Shown here: positions 39,348-51,839 of the stretch, piece after piece
Layout of the letters: each line of letters begins with the position of its first letter
Numbering within the stretch: position 1 is the first letter of the stretch
NCBI RefSeq assembly: GCF_963921235.1
Contig: NC_086108.1
Location: 55,740,001 to 55,804,000 of the forward strand
Direction: 5' to 3'
Origin: Mobula hypostoma
Taxonomy: Eukaryota
Length of the DNA stretch: 64,000 nt
The notes under the pieces: model-generated
Told to the model about the DNA's origin: nothing
What the model saw: the letters and a program-made list of their open reading frames with translations, nothing else
The model's database searches: none
Made by a program: the position numbers and the translations under genes

Positions 39348-40999
39348 ATATTGTCCCCAGCATAGGTGAGCAGTAGGTGACTTCGAGTGACATTGGTATG
39401 CAAAGGAGAAAATACATGGAAACAGCTGGGGAAATGGAACTCATGAGATTTCAGTAAACATGGGCTTGCTGAACCAAAAGGCCCTTTTTGTATCATAAGG
39501 AAGTAGAGAAAAACAGGATTAAAGAGCAGACAAATGCACGCTGGAGAGGTGATGCAGGAGGGGGGACTTGGTACTGTATTCCTGAAGAATTGGATATATT
39601 TATTGATTAAATGAAACACGTGCAAGCCAGACAGGTTATATGTTAAGAGGAGTAAAAATGATAATCCTCATGGGGAATTTGCTAGTATTGTTGGGGAAGT
39701 TGTAAATTTAGCAGGGATTGGAAACAAGTAGTTAAAATCAGAAGGAGAAAATCTAAGCAAGAAGTGGAAGGTAGGAATTCAGGTGAAATTGTATTTGGGA
39801 AGTCAAGGAAAAAAAGAAAAGACAATAGTTCAGAGAAGTCTTAAGGGTAGTGTATCAGAAAGAGCCAGTCAGATTAGAAGTGTATGAAGCAAATAGACTA
39901 GGGAGAAATGGAGATAAGATAAAAATTAAAAGCACTTTATCCAAGTGTATTTGAAACAAGATAGACGAGTTGATGGCACAAACAGAAATCAATGGATATG
40001 ATTTAATAGCTATTGCAGAGACGTGGTTGCCAAGTGACGCAAGTTGAAAATCAAGTGTTCAAGGTTAAAACATAAAATAGTGCAAACACTCAGCCGATCA
40101 GACAGCATCTATAGAAGGAGAAACAGCATTAACATTTCAAGTTGAAGATCCTTCTTTTTTCACCTGAGACATTAACTCTTTTTCTCTTTCCACAAATGTT
40201 GCTTGATCTCATGAGTATTTCCAGTATTTTCAGTTTTTTATTTTAATTTCCCAGCGGACATGTTCTCACTGTTTTTGTCAGATTCTCAGGGATGTTTGCA
40301 CTGCAGCCATATTAGTGGATGATACAAGAAAGGTGAGTTAGCAAGTCATGAGGCTGCAAAGTTGTGTAGTTGTGCCGAATACAGGAGCAAAGATGATTTG
40401 ATATGGCTTTACAGTATGAAGGTGAGACTGTACTGTACTTGAAGAACTATGGACAGTTTTGGGTGCCACATTAATGGAGGAAGAAGTGCAGAGAAGGTGG
40501 CCTAACTCTGCTCCTATGTCTTACGGTTTTATTGGAGTTTAGCAAAAAGAGAGGTAATTTTAATGAAATATAGGAAATTCTGAGAGGAGTTTATCAGGTG
40601 GATGTTGAACTATGCCCCTTCTGATTGGGGGCATAGTTTTAGAATCCTATAATTGTGCACTGCGTACAAAGACAGATCTTGTAGGGTAGGACTGTGATAA
40701 CCATTATTAACTGTATCTCTGGCGTTTGGAGTGTTCCACTATAGTCAGTTTCTTCTTCAATGCCACAATATATTTTTCCCAACTTATGTAAGCTTCTGTA
40801 AGTAACAGACTGCAAAATGCAGAGCCAGTTATATATAACTGTTTATCCCATCCTATCTTTCCCAAGAGACCAACTGCAAGACAAAATTCGCCTTAATCAC
40901 TGCAAAAATAGCATCCACTTCCATTGCTGTTTCTTTGGCAAGGAAACTGACCCCCACACCACACTAATGACCCCTTCTTTCATCTCCAACAATCCCCTT

Positions 41000-41895
41000 C
41001 CATGGAGCACAACAGCACAGAAACAGGCCCCTTGGCCTATCTAGTCCATACTGGTCTGGTCTTCTGCTTAGTTCCATCCACCTGCACCTGGACCCTCTAT
41101 ACCGCTCTCATCCACGTATCTAAGCAAACCTTTCCTGAATGACATAATTGAACCTGTATCTATTCATTTCACTGGCAGCTCATTCAACATTCGAACCACC
41201 CTCTGAGTGAAGAAGTTTCCCCTCAGATTCCCTGTATTTCATTTTAACCCTATACTCTGACTTCTAGTACTCATTTCACGCAGACTGAAGGGAAAAAACC
41301 TACATGCATTCACCCTTTTCATACCCTCAGGTGTATCCTGTACCTCTATAAGATCTCCGCGCATTCTCCTGAGCTCCAGTGAATAAAGCCCTAACCTGTT
41401 CAACCTTTCCCTATAAGTCTGTCCTCAAGTCCAAGCAATGTCCATGTTTAATAGAAGCCTTGGGATTCTCTTTCACCTTGTCTGCCAGAGCAATCTCATG
41501 TCTTCTTTTAGCCCTCATGATTTCTCTCTTAAGTGTTCCCTTGCATTTTTTATATTCCGTAAGTGTCTCTTTTGATCCTAATTGCCTATACCTGATATTT
41601 GTCTCCTTCTTTTGCTTTACCATGGCCTCAATATCACTTGATAACCAAGGTTCCCTAAATCTGTTAGTCTTGCCTTTTTTATTCTAACAGTAACATACAT
41701 ATTCTGTACTCTCAATATTTCACCTTTGAAGGCCTCCCACTTACCAAGTGTCTGTCAGAAAACAACCTGTTCCAGTCCGCACTGATGCCATCAAAATAGG
41801 TCTTTCTCCAATTTAGAATCTTAACCTAAGGATCAATACTATCCTTCTCGATAATTCTCTTGAAAGTGATGGAATTATGAGCACTGGATCCAAAA
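41000..41895 (-). mobile_element. Internally deleted CR1 fragment
   Basis: LKREIMRAKRRHEIALADKVKENPK linker motif joined to the CR1 3' end. Confidence 0.75.
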
Positions 41896-41929
41896 CAGGA
41901 CAGAGAATATAGCTTAGAAATACAATTGT

Positions 41930-42790
41930 GTCAGCATGAATTAAGCAGTCTGATGGCCTGGTGGAAGAAGCCGTCCCGGAGCTGGTTGGTCCTGGCTTTA
42001 ATGCTGCGGTAATGTTTCCCGGATGGTAGCAGCTGGAACAGTTTGTGGTTGGGGTGATCCGGGACCCTAATGTTCCTTTGGGCCCTTTTTACACACCTGT
42101 TGCTGTAAATGTTTCCATGCATAGATGTGTTGGGCTGTTCCGCACCACTCTCTGCAGAGCCCTGCAATGAAGGAGGTACAGTTCCCATACAGCCAGTCAG
42201 GATGCTCTCAATTGTGCCCCTGTAGAAAGTTCTTAGGATTTGAGGACTCATGATGAGTTTCTTCAACCGTCTGAGGTAAAAGAGACGCTGTTATGCTTTT
42301 CTCACCACACAGCTGGTGTGTATAGTCCAAGTGAGATTCTTGGTGATGTGTATACCAAGGAACTTGAAGCTGTTCATCCTGTCAAACCCAGATCCATCGA
42401 TGTCAAAGGGGTTAGCCTGTCTGCATTTCTCCTGAGTCCACAACCAGCTCCTTTGTTTTTTGTAACATTGAAGGAGAGGTTGTTTTCTTGACACCACTGT
42501 GTCAGGGTGATGACTTCTTCTCTGTAGGCTGCCTCATCATTTGAGATAAGGCCAATCAATGTAGTATCATCTGCAAATTTAAATAGTAGTTTGGAGCTGT
42601 GGGTGGCGCAACAGTTGTGAGTATACATAGAGTAAAGGAGGGGGCTTATGACACAGCCTTGGGGGGCTTCTGTGTTGAGGGTCAGAGGGGCAAAGGTGAG
42701 GGAGCCCACTCTTATCACCTGCCAGCGATCTGACAGAAGTCCAGGATCCAGCTGCGCAAGGCAGGGTGAAGGCCGAGGTCTCTGAGCTTT
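41930..42790 (-). mobile_element. Rex1/Babar-type LINE RT C-terminal fragment
   Basis: APQGCVISPLLYS, KFADDTTLIGLIS, FKFLGIHIT, FYRGTIESILTGC, LLPSGKHY. Confidence 0.9.
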
Positions 42791-43081
42791 TGTTCTAGAT
42801 TTAGGTCTGGTATCTGCAATAGTTTGTCTTCAGGCAGAAATAATAATTGCACGTACATTTGAGGCAGACCAATGAAGGATTCAAAATAAGAAGATGCCAG
42901 CCAAATTCACTTTTCACTTACCTTAGAATTTGTCACATATCACTTGTTCATTAATAATTACCTTGTTGGACTTTTATTTTTCTAAATCATCTTCTTAAAT
43001 GTTAAAAATACAAGCACTGGGCAGAAGCTGGGTATTTGGCTGTATGTGTCACAGCTCTTGACATACTAAACATTTTCCATA

Positions 43082-46000
43082 ATCATCATCATCATCATTA
43101 CGTGCCGTGCCGTATGATGTGGGCAGTCATGGTCTTCTATCTGTTTTTAATCTGAAAAATTACAATAAGCTCTTCAAAACTTTTGCCTGTCCATCTCTTT
43201 GTGGAACTCATGAATGTCATGAGCTGTCAACCGCGACTTTTCTTTCATCAAGTTTTCCCATCACTACAAGATGTTTGAGCTTTCGTCAGTAAGTGTCCCA
43301 GAAATTCCAGCTGCTGCTTCCTGATTGATGATATCAACTCTCTTCTTATTCTGGCTTTTTACACTTCCTCATTCTAAGGGTAGAAAGACCTTAATAGGAG
43401 TTATCTACAGGCCCCCAAACGGTAGTCTGGATGTAGGGTGTAAGTTGAATCAAGGGTTAAAATTGGCATGTCACAAAGGTAATGCTACAGTTGTTATGGG
43501 GGACTTCAACATGCAGGTAGACTGGAGAAATCAGGTTGGTACTGGACCCCAAGAAAGGGAGTTTGTGGTCCCTCCAAGATGGATTCTTAGAACAGCTTGT
43601 ACTGGAGCCTACCAGAGAGAACGCAATTCTAGATTTAGTGTTGTGCAATGAACCGGATTTGATCAGGGACCTCGAGGTAAAGGAGCTATTAGGAGGTCGT
43701 GACCATAATATGATAAATTTTAATCTACAATTTGAGAGGGAGAAGGGAAACTCGGAAGTGTCAGTATTACAGTTGAACAAAGGGAACTATGGTGCTATGA
43801 GGGAGGAGCTGGCCAAAGTTCAATGGAACAATACCCTAGCAGGGATGACAGTAGAACAGCAATGGCAAGTGTTTCTGGGAATAATGCGGAAGGTGCAGGA
43901 TCAGTTCATTCCAAAGAGGAAGATGCTGGAGTCAATTATAAAAGATGAAATTACGACACATCTGGATAGCAGTAACAGGATTGGTCCGAGTCAGCATGGG
44001 TTTACGAAGGGGAAATCATGCTTGACTAATCTTCTGGAATTTTTTGAGGATGTAACTATGAAAATGGACAAGGGAGAGCCAGTGGATGTAGTGTACCTGG
44101 ACTTTGGAAGAAAGATCCTAAGGGGAGTAAGGGGAGCCTGTGGCTGACAAGGGAAGTAATGGACAGTATAAAAATAGAAGAAGTATAACATAGCAAAGAC
44201 GAGTGGGAAGCCAGAGGATTGGGAAACTTTTAAAGAGCATCAGAAGGTAACTAAAAAGGCAATATGCAGAGAAAAAATGAGGTACGAAGGTAAACTAGCC
44301 AAGAATATAAAGGAGGATAGTAAAAGCTTCTTTAGGTATGTGAAAAGGAAAAAAAATAGTTAAGACCAAAATTGGGCCCTTGAAGACAGAAGCGGGTGAA
44401 TTTATTATGGGGAACAAGGAAATGGCAGACGAGTTGAACAGGTACTTTGGATCTGTCTTCACTAGGGAAGACACAAACAATCTCCCAGATGTAATAGTGG
44501 CCAAAGGACCTAGGGTAATGGATGAATTGAAGGAAATTTATATTAGGCAGGAAATGGTGTTGGATAGGCTGTTGGGTCTGAAGGCTGATAAGTCCCCGGG
44601 ACCTGATGGTCTGCATCCCAGGGTACTTAAGGAGGTGGCTTTAGAAATTGTGGATGCATTGGTAATAATTTTCCAATGTTCTATAGATTCAGGATCAGTT
44701 CCTGTGGATTGGCGGGTGGCTAATGTTGTCCCTCTCTTCAAGAAGGGAGGAAGAGAGAAAACAGGGAATAATAGACCAGTTAGCCTGACGTCGGTGGTGG
44801 GAAAGATGCTGGAGTCAATTATAAAAGATGAAATTATGACACATCTGGATAGCAGTAACAGGATTGGTCCGAGTCAGCATGGGTTTACGAAGGGGAAATC
44901 ATGCTTGACTAATCTTCTGGAATTTTTTGAGGATGTAACTATGAAAATGGACAAGGGAGAGCCAGTGGATGTAGTGTACCTGGACTTTCAGAAAGCCTTT
45001 GATAAAGTCCCACATAGGAGATTAGTGGGCAAAATTAGGGCACATGGATTGAAAATTGGCTGGCTGACAGAAAACAAAGAGTGGCGATTGACGGCTCCCT
45101 TTCAGAATGGCAGGTGGTGACCAGTGGGGTACCGCAGGGTTCAGTGCTGGGACCGCAGCTGTTTACAATATATATTAATGATTTAGATGAGGGAATTAAA
45201 AGTAACATTAGCAAATTTGCCGATGACACAAAGTTGGGTGGCAGTGTGAAATGTGAGGAGGATGTTATGAGAATGCAGGGTGACTTGGACAGGCTGGGTG
45301 AGTGGGCAGATGCATGGCAGATGCAGTTTAATGTGGATACATGTGAGGTTATCCATTTTGGTGCTAAGAACGGGAAGGCAGATTATTGTCTAAATGGAGT
45401 CAAGTTAGGAAAAGGGGAAGCTCAACGAGAACTAGGTGTTCTTGTACATCAGTCACTGAAAGCAAGCATGCAAGTACAGCAGGCAGTGAAGAAAGCTAAT
45501 GGCATGCTGGCCTTCACAACAAGGGGAATTGAGTATAACAGCAAAGAGGTCCTTCTGCAGCTGTACAGGGCCGTGGTGGGCCCACACCTGGAGTACTGTG
45601 TGCAGTTTTGGTCTCCAAATTTGAGGAAGGACATTCTTGCTATTGAAGGAGTGCAGCATAGGTTCACAAGGTTCACAGTTTAAGAATTAGGGGTAGGCCA
45701 TTTAGAACGGAGTTGAGGAAAAACTTTTTCACCCAGAGAGTGGTGGATATATGGAATGCTCTTCCCCTGAAGACTGTGGAGGCCAAGTCTCTGGATGCTT
45801 TCAAGAAAGAGATGGATTGAGCTCTTAAAGATAGCAGAATCAAAGGTTATGGGGATAAGGCAGGAACTGGATACTGATTGTGGATGATCAGCCATGATCA
45901 CAGTGAATGGCGGTGCTGGCTCGAAGGGCTGAATGGCCTACTCCTGCACCTATTGTCTATTTTTTACTCTGTCCTTCCGTGATATTTTCATCATCCTTCT

Positions 46001-46400
46001 CAAAAATCACATTTCTGCAGCTTCGAGTCTTCCATCATTTTGCGTTGATTTTGTCCATTGTTCACTTCCTAATGTTCACGTAGAATTAAAATAGCACTGC
46101 AACACTTTGAGGTTTGTACTCATAGAAATTATATTATTCTTTAGTATCTTGCTCAAACACTTGAACATGCATTTAGCAATCCCAATCTTCCTTCTAATTT
46201 CATCATCAGCCGTACCATCAGATGGTATCGTAATCCCTAAGTAATTAGACTTCCAAGTTTGTTTAATTGTTTTGTTTCCCACTTTTGGTTCCCATTTCTG
46301 TATTTCTTTCTTTGTTACAACCATACATTCAGTCTTCTTGCAAGTTGATGGTCAATCCTCTCTTTGAATTTTCTTTGGCAACTTTATCCTTGTTAACCTT
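43082..46400 (-). mobile_element. RTE-clade LINE 3' fragment (43082-43370 and 45961-46400), split by a CR1
   Basis: NYLGITI..DDEIRRKIGIAK..LSKILKN motif and (GAT)n tail at 43082-43098. Confidence 0.75.
43376..45960 (+). mobile_element. CR1 LINE ORF2 (endonuclease to 3' tail), young but rearranged
   Basis: IGVIYRPPN, MGDFN, ILDLVLCN, DHNMI (APE endonuclease), RT motifs with KFADD, tail CTATTGTCTATT. Confidence 0.97.
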
Positions 46401-47764
46401 TTCCTCTAGCTATAAAACACTAGTCAAGAGCAAATGAAAATATTTTCCACTTATCTCAGTGAATGCATCTTCATGTATATTTAAGAACCCCCAGGACACT
46501 ATATCATCCCCTGAATCCTTCACTGCTCCCAAGACCAAAGCACCACACACACAGTGTTTCCCATCTAAAAATACACTGTGGTTCGTCAACCAGGCTACTC
46601 TGGCAGGACCCCTAACCCAAGTTCTCTGCCAAGAGAAAGGACAACAGAAGCAAAGGCATGGGAATACCACCATCTATAGGTTCTTCTCCAATTTTCCCAC
46701 CATTTTGATTTGGGACTTACTAAAATTTCCTTGTTGAGTTTAAATTCTGGAGCAGTCCACCAATAGCACAGTGTGAGTATTTTCACTTGAAGGACTGTAG
46801 TAGTTTGGGAATGTGGCTGGGATCACCTTTTCAACTACAGTTAGGAATGGCCAGTAAATCTGATGCCTACACCCTGGTAACTAAATAAATAACCATAAAA
46901 TAGTTTAACTTCAATGAGAAAAGCATGAAAGCAGTGTACCAACTCTATTCACAAGACAAGAGATCTTGTAGATACTGTAAATCTTGAGTAATACACAAAA
47001 ATTTGGAGGAATTCGGAAAGTCGAGCAGCATCTATGGAGGGGAATAAACAGTCAATGTTTTGGGCCAAAACCCTTCATCAGTACTAAAAAAGAAAGGGGT
47101 AGGGCTCAGAATAAGAAGGTGTGTGAAGGGGAAGGAGTACAAACTGGCTTTGATCCCATTACGGACTACTCAGATTTCATGGAAAGTTCAGGAGATAGAC
47201 AGCAGTTACTATCTAGTTTACTTTGATTTTTTAAAAATTATATTTTAATCTACAGCTGACATATTGGATGCCGCGATGTTACCGGTCCATTGTTTCAGGC
47301 CTTCTTGCACCAGGGAAAGTAACCCATTTTGCCTTTGTTTTCCACCCTGAAATAATATCAGGGTCATGATCATCAATTAATCCTGACTTGTTACATACAC
47401 CTGTTAGGGTGCATTTTCCCGTTACCTTATAAGGTAACCGTAGCTTTCAGCCAGGAGCAGATATCATCAGATGGTTCCCAACCTTCACAAAGTGTTTCGA
47501 CCCTTAACCACGACACTATCCAGTTGGTGGCCAGCAGTGGTGGCCAAATCTCTGCCCATCTGCTCTTGGCTTCCAGCTTCCCTCCTCTCGCCTACTCCAA
47601 ATCCAACAAGAGGCTTGTTCTGCCTCTTACCCCATCCTACGAGCTGCTTGTTTTTTGCTCCTTTCGTCCAGGCCCAGATCTGACAACAACCGCCATGCTG
47701 ATTTGGCTGGGATAGTTAATCTAGATCTGCTTATTACTTTTTTAACTCCTTTGTCAATATCTAG

Positions 47765-48225
47765 AGTGAGGAAAGGAAAGCAGAGCAGATTCACAAGGCT
47801 GTTGTCAGGACTGGAGAACTTGAGTCATAAGGAGAGACTGGATAGGCTGGGGATTTTGCCCTGGTGCATCAGAGGCTGAGGGGTGGCTTTATTAGAGATC
47901 ACAGCTCTTTCCCAGCATAGGGGAAAGTAAAACTAGAGAGCATAGATTTACGGTGAGAGGGGATAGATTTAAAGTGAATTTAAGATTTTGACGCGGAGGT
48001 TGGTGGGTATATGGAATAAGCAGCTAGAGACAAGTACAATTACAACTTTTGAACTACATTTATACAAGTTGACAAATTTCACGACACATGCCTGTGATAA
48101 TAAACCTGATTCTGATTCTGAAGAATGTGGATGGGAAATGGTTAGGGAGATACGAGCAACTTGGTTGGCATGAACAACGTGGGCCAATGGGCCTGTTTCC
48201 ACTCTGTATAATTCCACAACTCTAT
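47765..48225 (+). mobile_element. Degraded CR1 3' fragment
   Basis: QSRFTRLLSGLENLSHKERLDRLG and a CR1-type 3'UTR. Confidence 0.7.
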
Positions 48226-48342
48226 CATCCAATGAAAACAGAAATTGCTAGAAATATCTAGTTGCTCAGGTAGCATTTGTGTAGGAGAAATGGATAAAAC
48301 ATTTTCATATGGTTTCAATTTCTATTTATCTGATGAATATAG

Positions 48343-48476
48343 TGTTACATACCTCATGGGTATCTGGTGACTGTCTTATGACCATGATGTAATTGAGTAT
48401 CTGATGAGCATGATGTAATGGTCTTGTGGAGGTCACATGACGTAATTTTCCTGCTGATGTGAGGTCACGTGATATA
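48343..48476 (+). repeat. 5' LTR of Gmr1-like element
   Basis: TGTTACATACC... repeated at 53072-53203, with 10 mismatches in 132 bp by manual alignment. Confidence 0.9.
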
Positions 48477-48479
48477 ATT

Positions 48480-48490
48480 TGGGGGCTCGT
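48480..48490 (+). promoter_or_regulatory. Primer-binding site complementary to tRNA-Pro
   Basis: TGGGGGCTCGT just after the LTR. Confidence 0.85.
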
Positions 48491-51400
48491 AAGGATTGTT
48501 CCAATTTTGAGCTTGAGTGCTTGTTTAATTATCAATCTGATTTGGAAAAGGGAAATACCGAATTCTTTTGTTTGTTTGGTCTATGGGTGATATTTGACAG
48601 CCGTGAATATTGACGACTTTATGGAATCGCCAGACCAGGAGTTTTCGGCAAAGGCGAGAAAGGGTGATGTGTCCGAGATTGCTAGAAGGTTGGACCTTAA
48701 AGGAATTATAAAGGTTACAACAAAGTCAGTAATTCAGAGAAAAATTGCGGCACACTATAAAGAGTTGGGTGTTTTTGATGAAGCAGTGTTAGATATATTT
48801 CCATTGAGTAATCTAGAGATGCAGTTACATATCGAACAAGTAAAGTTAAAGCAATTAGAAGCTGATTTGGAATGAAGTCGGTTAGAAGCAGAGAAACAGG
48901 AAATTTGATCTAGACATGGAGGAATGAAAGTCCGAGAATCAGTCCTCGGATTCTAGGAAACAGTTTGTTGCTAGTCAAGAGGTTATTTTGGCTCCTTCAT
49001 TTAGTGAAACGGAAATGGACATATATTTCCAACATTTTGAAATTGTTGCTCTGATTTCAGAGTGGCCGAAAGATAAATGGCCAGTGATGTTACAAGGTGT
49101 AATTACGAGGTAAAGTGCAACAAGTTTATACAGCGTCAACTGCTGAGCAAGCACTTGATTATGATATTGTGAAGCAGCATATTGTGAAAGTGTATGAACT
49201 GGTTCCAGAAGCTTATAGAGAAAGATTCAGAAATTTGAAAAAATCTGTGGAAAAAACTTATGTGGAATTTGCCTACGAGAAATCTGTGCGTTTTGAGAGA
49301 TGGGTTTCCTCTAAAAATGTGAGTGGGGAGTATAATAAATTAAAAGAGTTGATTTTATTGGAGAAATTTAAAAGGTGCGTTCCTGTTGAAGCGAGGACAT
49401 ACTTAAGTGAAAGGGACACTGCTACATTGCAGGAGTCTGCTAAATTAGCTGATGAGTATGCTTTAATTAATAAGAGTAAATTTTCTCCAGGTAGAACTTT
49501 TAAAAGGGAAAATAGCACAGAGTCAAGGTAAACCAGAAATTAAATCTGAAGTAAGTGAGAAAGGGAAGGATGAAGGGAAACCTGTGATGGAAAGACATTT
49601 TGGTCCTATTTGTAATTATTGTAAGAAACCTGGACATGTAATAGCTAACTGTTTCCGATTGAAGAAGGAAGCAGTCCCAGATGCTTGTGTGCAGGATATT
49701 GAATCACCTGTAAATCCACGGAGTTCGATAAATACCAATGAAGTTTTGTCAGAGTCTGACCAAGTTAAGAGGGGATATGAATATTTTATAACCGAAGGAT
49801 TTGTATCCTTGAAAGAGGGATCCACTCCAGTGCTAATAAGAATCCTTAGAGACACCGGAGCTTCTCAATCACTAATGTTAGACAGTGTTCTAATGTTTAG
49901 TGATGAATCTGACACTGATGAGGTAAACACTAGAAGAGGAGTTGGGAGTGCCCTTATGCCGGTACATTTGCATAGAGTAAATTTAAGGTCAGGGTTAGTT
50001 ACAGGGCCTTTTAAAGTAGGACTACAACCCAGTTTACCCGTGAATGATGTTTCTCTTTTGTTAGGGAATGAGTTAGCAGATGGACGAGCTTTTCCTGAAG
50101 TGCATTTGACAATAAAGTCTATTTCTGAGGAATCACAGAGGGATTCTAACACAGATTCTTCCTGTGTTGTAACCGCAGCTACGGTTAAAAAGACTGAAGT
50201 GCAGAATGGGTCAGTTACCCATGACTGTTCAACTCAGGATGCAAATTTTGAGGATGTGTCAGAAACTCTCTTACCTTCATTATTTGATCAAGATTCTTGT
50301 GATAAGACTGACCATGAAGACTTGTCTTTATCTCGGGAGGAGATGATAGTAGAGCACAGTAGAGACTCTGAGATTATCAAATTAAAGGAACAGGCTCTTC
50401 CAGATAGTGAAATTGAGAAGGTGCCAGTAGGATATTATTTTGAAAAGGGAGTATTAATGAGGAAGTGGCGATCACCTACAATTCCTACAAGTGAAGAATG
50501 GGAAGTTAATCACCAGGTAGTAGTTCCTAAAGTTTATCGAAATGAGATTTTAACTATGGCTCATAGTATGCCTTTGGGTGGCCATCAAGGTGTAAAGAAA
50601 ACTGTGAACAAGGTTTTTAAACATTTTTACTGGCCTAGTTTAAGAAAAGATGTGGCGACATTTTGCAGGACATGTCATACTTGTCAAATTGTAGGTAAAC
50701 CTAATCAAGTTACTCCAGTGGCCCCACTGCAACCTATTCCAGCATTTGGTGAACCGTTTTCCAAAATTATTATAGATTGTGGAGGCCCATTGCCAAAAAC
50801 TAAAACTGGACATCAATATTTGCTGACCATTATGTGCACAGCGTCTTGGTTTCCAGAGGCAATACCCCTTAGGAATATAACAGCCAAAACTGTGACAAAA
50901 ACTCTTATAAAATTCTTTACTTGTTTTGGGTTGCCTAAGGAAATACAATCGGATCAAGGTAGTAATTTTATGTTCTGGATTGTTCCAGCAGATAGTTTAT
51001 AAACTGGGAGCAAAACAGATTACCTCATCTGCATATCATCTAGAATCGCGAGGAGCCTTGGAGAGATTCCATTCCACCCTTAAAACTATGATTAGGACGT
51101 ATTGTGTGGAAAATGAAAAGGACTGGGATGAAGGCGTACATTTACTACTTTCGGGAGGCAGTGCAGGAATCATTAGGATTTAGTCCTTTTGAACTTGTGA
51201 TTGGACATAGAGTTCGAGGACCTTTGGCCTTGTTGAAAGAACTGTGGATTAATAAAGAGGTAAACACTAATTTTCTGGATTATGTTTTAAAATTTAAAGA
51301 AAGATTACATAAAGCTTGTAGCTTAGCCAAGGAAAATTTAAAATTGGCTCAGGAGAAAATGAAAACTTGTTATGATAAGGAAGCTAGAATGAGGTCATTT

Positions 51401-51751
51401 AAGCCTGGAGATAAGGTGTTAGTTCTTTTCCTGGTTGAAATGAACCCATTACAAGTTAAATTTCATGGTCTTTATGAGATTAAATCTAAAGTAAATGATG
51501 TGGATTACATAATAAAAACGCTAGATCAAAGAAAGGCAACACAGCTGTGTCATATAAGTATGATAAAACTGTATTATGAGAAACAGGCTGCTACTATGAC
51601 TGTTGTCATCAATTATAATGAGTCTGATCCCATTGGGAACTTAACGGATGATTCATCTGAATCTCATTTTAAACCCAACATTATTTCTGCCAACATAAAT
51701 CAAAGTTGCTGGTGAACGCAGCAGGCCAAGCAGCATCTATGGGAATAGGCG

Positions 51752-51789
51752 CAGTCGACGTTTCAGGCCGAGGCCCTTCGTCAGGACTA
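51752..51789 (-). ncRNA. Minimal type I hammerhead ribozyme motif (antisense copy)
   Basis: Reverse complement reads UAGUCCUGACGAAGGGCCUCGGCCUGAAACGUCGACUG. Confidence 0.75.
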
Positions 51790-51801
51790 ACTTCCTTCAG
51801 T

Positions 51802-51839
51802 TAGTCCTGACGAAGGGTCTCGGCCTGAAACGTCGACTG
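51802..51839 (+). ncRNA. Minimal type I hammerhead ribozyme motif
   Basis: UAGUC-CUGACGA-AGG(gucucgg)CCU-GAAA-C-GUC-GACUG: stem I, conserved core, stem II and GUC cleavage triplet. Confidence 0.75.

Larger units (their letters stand above)
37440..40065 (+). mobile_element. Very degraded CR1 5' region (ORF1 remnant to endonuclease start), host to younger insertions
   Basis: ORF1 esterase-like remnants at ~37450-37900 and ~39500-39620. YDLIAIAETWL endonuclease motif near 39995-40030. Confidence 0.5.

Noticed and set aside
48401..48420. CTGATGA in the Gmr1-like LTR as a hammerhead core
   Set aside because: No stem II followed by GAAA downstream.
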